A DNA stretch of 64,000 nt from an uncultured bacterium (GTDB lineage: Bacteria; Chloroflexota; UBA5177; JANWHV01), in NCBI GenBank assembly GCA_963729625.1, contig CAVSOU010000010.1, forward strand, positions 1,024,001 through 1,088,000. The letters are read 5' to 3'. Positions 30,101-36,215 of this stretch are shown piece by piece. The translations under genes were made by a program, and so were the position numbers. Under the pieces are notes generated by a model. The model searched no databases, was not told the origin of the DNA, and saw only the letters and a list, made by a program, of their open reading frames with translations. The first letter of the stretch is position 1. Every line of letters begins with the position of its first letter.

Positions 30101-31382
30101 CGTCAGCTGTGAAAAGCCTGACAGGGAGCTTGTACGCCGTTGTGTGTTTGCAGTCGCCTTTCACTCGCTCTCGCCCGGGCGAGTAGGCACGCAGCGGATC
30201 GCGTACTCAATATCCGCTCATGGACTGGTTGTGCTGCGCACTGTTGTGACAGCCACTGCGCTCGTGCCCCGCATACAGGTAACGCCTGTCCAACTGCAGT
30301 TCTCCCCGGTGGCGGTAGGGCGCGCAGGTATACCGAACATCGTGACAGTCAAGAACGTTGGAAGCGACGTGTTGCGCGTTGCGACACTAAACGTGACTGG
30401 TGACGCTGTCCAGTTCGAAGTGAACGACGCGCCTTGCCATCATCCTCTCGAACCGCGAAACTCGTGCTCGGTCAGCATTCAGTTCGCGCCCAAGTCTCAG
30501 GGCCTGCACAGAGCGGCGCTGGAAATTACGAGCACGGCGCTCGGTGGTCCGGTAGTTGTCGGCCTTGTGGCAAGCGCCATGCCGCCCACTCAGACTCCAA
30601 CACAGACGCGCACGCCGACTGCAACGAGCACTCCGATAAAGACGCCGACACCGGCCCCCACTGCGACCAAAGCACCGACACTGGCTCCAACTGCAACCAA
30701 GGCGCCGACACAGGCTCCAACTGCGACCAAAGCACCGACACAGGCTCCAACTGCGACCAAGGCGCCGACACTGGCTCCGACCGCGACCAAAGCGCCGACA
30801 CTGGCTCCGACCGCGACCAAGACGCCGGCGCCGACAAAGGCTCCGACGTTCGCGGCCACTGTGACTGCGTCGCCGTCGCGAACCAGTACACCCATATCCA
30901 CACCCACGATCCGGCCGGCGGCGACACCTCGGGCCACCAGGGCGGCGCAACCGGCGACCCGTGTGCCGTCACCAACGGCTCAACCCGCTACGATCGCGCC
31001 CACGGCGAAGCGGAGCACCGGCGCGAACGGAAATGCCATCGCCACTCCACACAGTATTGTCGTACGAGTGGACCCGAATCCGGTTGCGTTCAGGCCGCAG
31101 CGAGTCGGCACCCGCAGCGCGCCAATGCTGGTGTTAATCGACAACACGGGCATAACGCCCATCTACCTGGGACAAGTGACAATCTCTGGGGCAGATACCG
31201 AGGACTTTGCAGTCCAGCGCGATCTCTGCAGTTCCAGCACCACGCCGCTTGCGCACAATGTGCCCTGCAGCCTGTACGTCGTCTTCACGCCGATCGTGCG
31301 CGGCCACCGCAGCGCCACATTGTATGTTCCGGGAGCTCAGCAGCAAATGAAGCTCGTGGTCCTCGAGGGAACAGCGCTGTAG
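27192..31382 (+). CDS. Transmembrane Ser/Thr kinase-like protein with multiple ASH/choice-of-anchor-D-like Ig domains
   Basis: Hanks kinase fold (HPNIV, DFG, YMAPE, SDLYSLG); one TM helix (VALAVGFVLLLLALLL); repeats of the type NxGxxPL...C...SCxxxVxFxP; Pro/Thr linker. Confidence 0.85.
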   Translation: MNLRVGSDVGPYTIESVVGAGSSATVYRARHRLHQRVDALKVFHDAVAADASFQARFYGVAEELARLKHPNIVQLFDVQAGDKFALAMEFVSGGTALDLLRRYPPGTLPLPVVLKLTTETADALEHAHRNGICHGDIDPGSILLSTSGAGSAVTYTAKLRDFGLAQLVSGTQASSKQLLPSSLTYMAPEHFNGAPCDAQSDLYSLGVVLYQLVVGEPPFEPVSWRVAKQQHLFADVPRPSDRRDAVPPALDAIILRLLAKQPEGRYPSADHVAVGLRRARLELTKHTRIVAAPQIVAPIENSPPVPAAIPPNQTTSAPTGPADGRETNVQMVSIDLEPQALGGSAVSAETPGVASDTPKTEIATPRAMGSADQRALEATFPSPGRSDMSIARPDVHAQTALLTNAGPAAATSEPDADGVGPDTAVTRLTVAAASAAHRDRLPMLYKVALAVGFVLLLLALLLQRLMPAGPSLSQPPDASFGAHLIGAIPAAEQLMTFSNSGGASLSFHLSIAPAGQKEFTVKPQDSHLCGMTALRQAGLIAAHSSCTLVVSFLPRSTGQAVAYLLVLSNAGERTVRLSGSGVGTLAVRYDAAELIAPTRALPSSAKVQFTLVNRSVAVLAIKASTSHTRDFSIVAGRGQCLMRRQGDSCTLALLFRPRVSGRRTGTLVLEEKFALAMQTITKIERLDLRGDGAVFTTASDGSAMASGLRFGRGDVGTSSLRAFTMTVAGITRLPKLTGSITGAKDFSIAAMSCGWISSRTASCTVRVRFLPTFGLGTTSSHVARTAELRLAVPALGWAYAVPLQGQLALPLADFGSPSTIALPAARVGTTTTPSTITVANRGTAPLLVARITHSTTDSFAVKSDCVGRHVLPGRSCRIEVDFRPQHAGLARFNLVVATNDPDLERRTASFTFNGIGVQLLTKLPPVIDLGGVHERATVRRTKTFTIAGIGGDFTVTPHAGGGDGPDYHASVSCEKPDRELVRRCVFAVAFHSLSPGRVGTQRIAYSISAHGLVVLRTVVTATALVPRIQVTPVQLQFSPVAVGRAGIPNIVTVKNVGSDVLRVATLNVTGDAVQFEVNDAPCHHPLEPRNSCSVSIQFAPKSQGLHRAALEITSTALGGPVVVGLVASAMPPTQTPTQTRTPTATSTPIKTPTPAPTATKAPTLAPTATKAPTQAPTATKAPTQAPTATKAPTLAPTATKAPTLAPTATKTPAPTKAPTFAATVTASPSRTSTPISTPTIRPAATPRATRAAQPATRVPSPTAQPATIAPTAKRSTGANGNAIATPHSIVVRVDPNPVAFRPQRVGTRSAPMLVLIDNTGITPIYLGQVTISGADTEDFAVQRDLCSSSTTPLAHNVPCSLYVVFTPIVRGHRSATLYVPGAQQQMKLVVLEGTAL
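30654..30830. repeat. 30-bp tandem repeat (about 6 copies) encoding APTATKAPT(L/Q)
   Basis: GCTCCAACTGCGACCAAAGCACCGACACTG-like units, in frame. Confidence 0.9.
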
Positions 31383-31436
31383 GCCTTGCTTGGCCAGCCC
31401 GAAGCCACCGGGTTACTTATATGCCGATCATCTGAA

Positions 31437-32156
31437 TCAATTGCAGCCCCCGCCAGGTCCATGGCAGGTCCATGTCTTGCTCGGCACTGGAGCGAATCGA
31501 GCCACTGCAGAAGATGGGATTCTGCCGTTTGCCAGTGTAATCCAACGCCCCAGCACCTTCAGCTGGAGCACGAATCCCGGCAGCGGCGCGGCAAGTGCAT
31601 CAGCGGATGGCACCAACGTGATTGCGCCTCCAACGGCAACCACAACGCGTGTGTTGATCGGAGCCCTTTCGAAGCTTCCCTCGCCCACGACGACAGGCCG
31701 TCCGACAAACCTGGCAGTAAATCCTAGGCGCAGTCGGGGCACAACGGCGTACGCAGGAATGCCATCCAGCCTGACCGTCATCTGAGCCGCATCGGAGGCG
31801 ACCAAGCTACCGGTGCTCTGAACGGAAGCAAGCGTGTCCGTGAGTGACACCGGCTCGACCGTCAGTGTCGCCAAGACATCCTGACCGACAGCCGTCGGAA
31901 GGTAAGCTAGGCCGCCATCGGGGCGCAGGACCGCTATTACCGGCAGGCGCGTCTCGTTGGTAATTGTGACGCGACCACCCAAGGTGCGACCCCAATTCGG
32001 GTTGACAACTTCAGCCAAGCATCCACTCGTCAGCGAGCACGCCGGCAAACTGGCGGCATGTGCCGGACTGCTCAACGGCGGGACAGCGTCGGGCAGCGCA
32101 ACAGACGCGATCGACGCGACGCACGCGATTTGGAGAAGTAAGGACCGTGCCCTCAT
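31437..32156 (-). CDS. Secreted hypothetical protein
   Basis: N-terminal signal peptide (..AHA-AS); Cys pairs near both ends; GAAGGGA RBS. Confidence 0.6.
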   Translation of the reverse strand: MRARSLLLQIACVASIASVALPDAVPPLSSPAHAASLPACSLTSGCLAEVVNPNWGRTLGGRVTITNETRLPVIAVLRPDGGLAYLPTAVGQDVLATLTVEPVSLTDTLASVQSTGSLVASDAAQMTVRLDGIPAYAVVPRLRLGFTARFVGRPVVVGEGSFERAPINTRVVVAVGGAITLVPSADALAAPLPGFVLQLKVLGRWITLANGRIPSSAVARFAPVPSKTWTCHGPGGGCN

Positions 32157-32462
32157 CTGTGTCCCTTCGACGAAAGATAGCCGTATACCAGGGCTCCACG
32201 CATCACAGCGGCCGCCACAACTGTTGCTCGCTCGCGCAGTCAGCTGTGCCTCACGGAGAGTCTAGCACCGCGCGACCGGCTCTGTCGATCAGCCTACCTG
32301 GCTACTCATGTCTGCAGACATGAATCTGCATTGCGCGGCCGAAAGTACGGACAGGCCCGTGCAGTTCCATGTTGGCAGTCAGGTATGCCGTGCCCCTCTA
32401 CGTCCCGTAATGCCCCCCCTTACTACTATATATTGTGCTAGGCCGCAATGGCTTACTACATC

Positions 32463-32491
32463 TAGACGTAATACTACAGTTGCCGTATACT
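32463..32491 (+). promoter_or_regulatory. Sigma70-type promoter with TACTAC direct repeats
   Basis: TAGACG, 17 bp, TATACT; TACTAC at 32421, 32454, 32472. Confidence 0.5.
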
Positions 32492-32569
32492 TAGCTTGGC
32501 AAGGAAGCGCCGGCGTCCACGGCTGCCGTGGGTTCGCGTCGGCGCCACCCGCCAGGCAGGAGAACGGCC

Positions 32570-32818
32570 ATGAGCGTGAACGAACTTATTGCAGTCCTGG
32601 ACCAGCACGGCTTCGAGCTCGAGTATGAGCACGAGCCGCTATGGGCGCCACCGTGCCGCTGGTATGTACGGCGAGTGGCACAGGCACAGGCGGTCGCCTG
32701 GGGCAAGGACCGTGATGAGGCTAGCATGGTCCGGCACATCCTTCAGTCGCTTCGGATCGCATCCGACCCGATTCAACCGGCACTCCAGACGCCGTACCCT
32801 CGCGCCCAGGCCGGCTGA
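32570..32818 (+). CDS. Small hypothetical protein (82 aa)
   Basis: AGGAG RBS 7 nt before ATG; upstream promoter; globular-looking composition. Confidence 0.6.
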   Translation: MSVNELIAVLDQHGFELEYEHEPLWAPPCRWYVRRVAQAQAVAWGKDRDEASMVRHILQSLRIASDPIQPALQTPYPRAQAG

Positions 32819-33242
32819 ACCCTATAGCTCGTTCATCCCCCTGCAGTATTTAGCCGGTCTCTCCGCCGTCGCGGGCGGCACGCCGGAGCTGCTCGTCGAC
32901 GGCTACAGTGATCGGTCTATCTATCCTATCCGTGCACGCGTACCGTGACCTTGCGTGCCCCAACCCACTACGCTGGCAGGAGCTTGGGGCCCGGCAGCCG
33001 CGCGACGCGATAGAGCGTGACTCGCGCTGAGCGAAAGCAGTGGATCTATCCGCGACCCGAACTTGCCATTGCTACCTCACGTGCCATTGGTATCGTCTGC
33101 GCACCTTCCCACAGACTGTAGCGGCGGTACCCGCCTGACAGATTGCGTACCGTGAATCCGTTCCGGGCCTGCAAGCGGACGGCCGCCAGGGCACACACAC
33201 ATTCACTTGGACTAATCATGCCGCAGGCCGTATCGTCAACGT

Positions 33243-34373
33243 ATGCGGATTAACAAGGCGCTCAGGCCTATCGCGGCCCCCTTGCAGGCCGGATCGGCAC
33301 ACACCGGCGACACCGTATCGGCCGCGGCTGCACGGCATTCTGCCGGACACGGCGGCCCCACCCGGACCAGACGTGAAGTGTTCGAGCGAATCGCGCCGGG
33401 TCTTGCGCTGTGTGCGGGTCTTGCCGGCATCGCAACCGGCCTTGGACACCTGGCGCCTGTGGTCGGGGCAGCCGTGATCGCCATTCTGCTCGGCATCGTG
33501 CTACGTAACACGCTTGACGTACCGGCACGGTGCGCGCCCGGCGTTCGAGTCTCAAGCAAGCTGGTGTTGCAGGTGGCCATCGCGGTGCTCGGTAGCAGCT
33601 TGAGCTTGCACCAGGTGTGGGCGACCGGCACCGGCTCACTCGCCGTACTGCTTGGCACGTTGATAGTTGGGATCCCCGTGATTTTGCTGCTTGGGCGTCT
33701 CCTCGGCGTCGGCAAGACCCTGACCCGTCTCATCGGGGTCGGTACCGGCATCTGCGGCGCCTCGGCTATTGGAGCGCTGGCGCCGATCCTCGGGGCAGAG
33801 GAAGGAGCTATCGCCTATGCCATCGCCACCATCTTCCTCTTCAACGTGGCCGGAGTACTGCTCTTCCCGCCCCTGGGCCGGCTGTTTGGCTTCTCCGCGC
33901 ACGGGTTCGGCCTTTGGGCCGGTACCGCCATCAATGACACGTCATCGGTTGTGGCCGCGGGCTACAGCTTCAGCACCGGCGCCGGCTCCTATGCAGTCAT
34001 CGTCAAGCTAACGCGCACGCTGATGATTGTGCCCGTGAGCTTAGTCTTTGCCGCGGTGGCAGCGCGGGAGCGGCGATTGCATCCATCGGGCGACAGTTTG
34101 CTGGCCGAACGAGCTCGTATGCCGCGGTTCATCTTCTGGTTTCTGGTGGCAAGCGCACTCAATACAGCGGGCGTGTTTGGCGCCTGGGGACCGCATGTGT
34201 TACCTGCGCTCGGCCAATTTCTCATCGTGGTCGCCCTGGCCGGGGTGGGCCTCTCCGCTGATCTGCGGGCCATGGCCCGGACTGGCTTCCGGCCCATCCT
34301 GCTCGGGTTAGCAGGATGGATGTGCGTGGCCACGCTGAGCCTGATGTTCCAGCACATCGCCGGCGCGGTGTGA
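33243..34373 (+). CDS. YeiH/PSE (putative sulfate exporter) family membrane protein
   Basis: GTGICGASAI, WAGTAINDTSSVVA, VKLTRTL motifs; true start may lie further downstream. Confidence 0.92.
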   Translation: MRINKALRPIAAPLQAGSAHTGDTVSAAAARHSAGHGGPTRTRREVFERIAPGLALCAGLAGIATGLGHLAPVVGAAVIAILLGIVLRNTLDVPARCAPGVRVSSKLVLQVAIAVLGSSLSLHQVWATGTGSLAVLLGTLIVGIPVILLLGRLLGVGKTLTRLIGVGTGICGASAIGALAPILGAEEGAIAYAIATIFLFNVAGVLLFPPLGRLFGFSAHGFGLWAGTAINDTSSVVAAGYSFSTGAGSYAVIVKLTRTLMIVPVSLVFAAVAARERRLHPSGDSLLAERARMPRFIFWFLVASALNTAGVFGAWGPHVLPALGQFLIVVALAGVGLSADLRAMARTGFRPILLGLAGWMCVATLSLMFQHIAGAV

Positions 34374-34615
34374 CGCATTCATGGGGCCGCCGTTCATGAG
34401 GCAACAAGCTACGCAGCGGAATTGGCAAAGGCCCTGGACACGGCGCTGGGAGCCGGCATTACAGTCAGAGCATCGGCCCACCTTACCATCGGCGGCACGT
34501 CGAAGCAAAGCACTTCGCATCGGCGGGTCGTCGCAGCGCAGCTTCGCCTTGGCAACAGCGCCAGAGCCATGGCCAGCAAATCGCGCACGACGGGGCTATC
34601 CAGCCTTGCGTCTGG

Positions 34616-34840
34616 CTACGTCGACGGCTTCGCCAGCAGTGCAGCGACTTTATCATTCTGGTTTGGGAACAGGTCGACCGGCACCGCTGCCTTGCCGTTG
34701 GCCGTACAGACTATATAGCGCGCACAGCCCATGAAGTTCCCTCTGCAGTACCGATTTCGCAGCATGTCGGACAGGGCGGGCATGTTCGCCATTCTGCCGC
34801 CAAAGAACAGGCAACCAGAGATCTTATCGCAATCAGCCAT
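34616..34840 (-). CDS. Small Cys-rich hypothetical protein (74 aa)
   Basis: GGAGGA RBS; pattern C-x5-C-xFF...YC-x6-CARY...PxDLFPNQ. Confidence 0.75.
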   Translation of the reverse strand: MADCDKISGCLFFGGRMANMPALSDMLRNRYCRGNFMGCARYIVCTANGKAAVPVDLFPNQNDKVAALLAKPST

Positions 34841-34942
34841 CGAATCCTCCCTCCTAACGAAGAGATCATAATCTCGACGATATGGTTGCGATAGGACCCG
34901 TTTGGGCCATGGATCCGCGATAGTCACGTTGTAATGTCCGGA

Positions 34943-35209
34943 TTAGAGCTCCGTCAACATGCTGATGCTGTTGCCGATCACTCGCCGCGCTTCCGCCGGA
35001 GGCAACGCCAAGCACTCGTCGAGCCCCGTTGCCACGATGGCTGCAGCCACTTTCTCAAGTGCGGCGCGCGCGGCCATCACCTGCACGAGAATTTGATCGC
35101 ACGGCCGATGATCGCCGACCATCTTGGCGATACCGCGCACCTGTCCCTCGATTCGCGCGAGGCGGTCCTGGACCGCCTGCGCGGCATCCGTGTCCAACTG
35201 TGTATCCAC
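34943..35209 (-). CDS. CsoR/RcnR-family repressor, CstR-like (Cys-only fingerprint)
   Basis: RLARIEGQVRGI, C.QIL.Q..A, ..GLDEC; the copper-ligand His is replaced by Gly. Confidence 0.9.
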   Translation of the reverse strand: MDTQLDTDAAQAVQDRLARIEGQVRGIAKMVGDHRPCDQILVQVMAARAALEKVAAAIVATGLDECLALPPAEARRVIGNSISMLTEL

Positions 35210-35243
35210 GGGCGTTCCTCTCGCTCTTTACCAACACTATATC

Positions 35244-35259
35244 CCATACCCCCGTATGG
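35244..35259. promoter_or_regulatory. CsoR/CstR-type operator (CCATACCCCCGTATGG)
   Basis: Inverted repeat CCATAC/GTATGG flanking a C-tract, upstream of the repressor gene. Confidence 0.75.
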
Positions 35260-35431
35260 TCTCAAGCACCGATCGGCACCTGCATGCAAGGCAATAGGTT
35301 TATCTCTCGCGCTTCAGCATCAGTTGCTTCGGCCCTTCGAGCAGCAAGATCGCTCCGGACAGGCTGGTATGGGGATGACGCGGAACGGGATGGCGGAAGG
35401 GCCGCATGCCCCACATGGTCATGGCATTCGG

Positions 35432-35447
35432 CCCTACCGGGGTATGG
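35432..35447. promoter_or_regulatory. CsoR/CstR-type operator (CCCTACCGGGGTATGG)
   Basis: Reverse complement CCATACCCCGGTAGGG matches the first operator at 14/16; upstream of tusA. Confidence 0.7.
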
Positions 35448-35534
35448 TAGCCATGCGCGATAATCGGTGCGTCAATCTCGCGCAAGGCCTGTCATTCCGC
35501 TTGCGGTGCAGCACGAAACGAAAGAAGGACGAAG

Positions 35535-35789
35535 ATGGCAACGGACCTCCTGCAAGGCATTCGAGTCGACAAAGTGGTGGACGCCCGCGGCACCTCGTGC
35601 CCTGGCCCGATCTTGGCCGCGAAGAAGGGCATGGCGGACGTGGCGATCGGCGGCGTCATGGAAGTGCTGGCCACCGACCGTGGCACGCAGAAGGATCTGC
35701 CTGCCTGGGCCAAGAAGATGGGCCATGAGTTTCTCGGTGTAGTGGAGGACGCCGGAACCTGGAAGCTCTACGTCAAGAAGCTGAAGTAG
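35535..35789 (+). CDS. tusA: Sulfurtransferase TusA family protein
   Basis: DARGTSCPGP motif; D..AWAKKMGHE. Confidence 0.93.
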   Translation: MATDLLQGIRVDKVVDARGTSCPGPILAAKKGMADVAIGGVMEVLATDRGTQKDLPAWAKKMGHEFLGVVEDAGTWKLYVKKLK

Positions 35790-36212
35790 ATGGCTGCTCC
35801 GGCAACCGCGGCGACCGCGCCAACGATATTGGTATTCTCCACGAACAACATCTCGGACCCCGGCATCGATCTGGCCGGCAGCGCGCACCTGCACTACTCG
35901 CCGAACGTCATGGTGATCAGCCTGCCGTGCACGAGCGGGATCAAGCCAAGCTGGATCCTGCACGCCATGCAGCAGGGCTGCGACGGCGTATTCATCGCCG
36001 CGGACGGAGACGAATGCGCGTATCTTCCCGACTGCTCGACGCGTGCCTCGCGTATCGTGACCGAGGCTCAGGCGTTGCTCAGGGAGCATGGGTACGAGGC
36101 GCGGCGCGTCCGCATGGGCGCCATCTGCTCGGTCTGCGCCGATCCGTTTGCTGCCTATATGCGCGAGTTCTCAGAGTCATTGGCAGAACTAGTGCCTTCC
36201 GGGAAGGAATAG
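35790..36212 (+). CDS. mvhD: MvhD-like iron-sulfur subunit with an atypical Cys pattern
   Basis: DLAG..LHYSPNV.VI.LPC, GCDGVFI, LL.EHG.E.RR typical of MvhD. Confidence 0.85.
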   Translation: MAAPATAATAPTILVFSTNNISDPGIDLAGSAHLHYSPNVMVISLPCTSGIKPSWILHAMQQGCDGVFIAADGDECAYLPDCSTRASRIVTEAQALLREHGYEARRVRMGAICSVCADPFAAYMREFSESLAELVPSGKE

Positions 36213-36215
36213 CCC

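Noticed and set aside
34928-34941. GTTGTAATGTCCGG, a weak GntR operator match
   Set aside because: Four mismatches, outside the sugar regulon, no associated promoter
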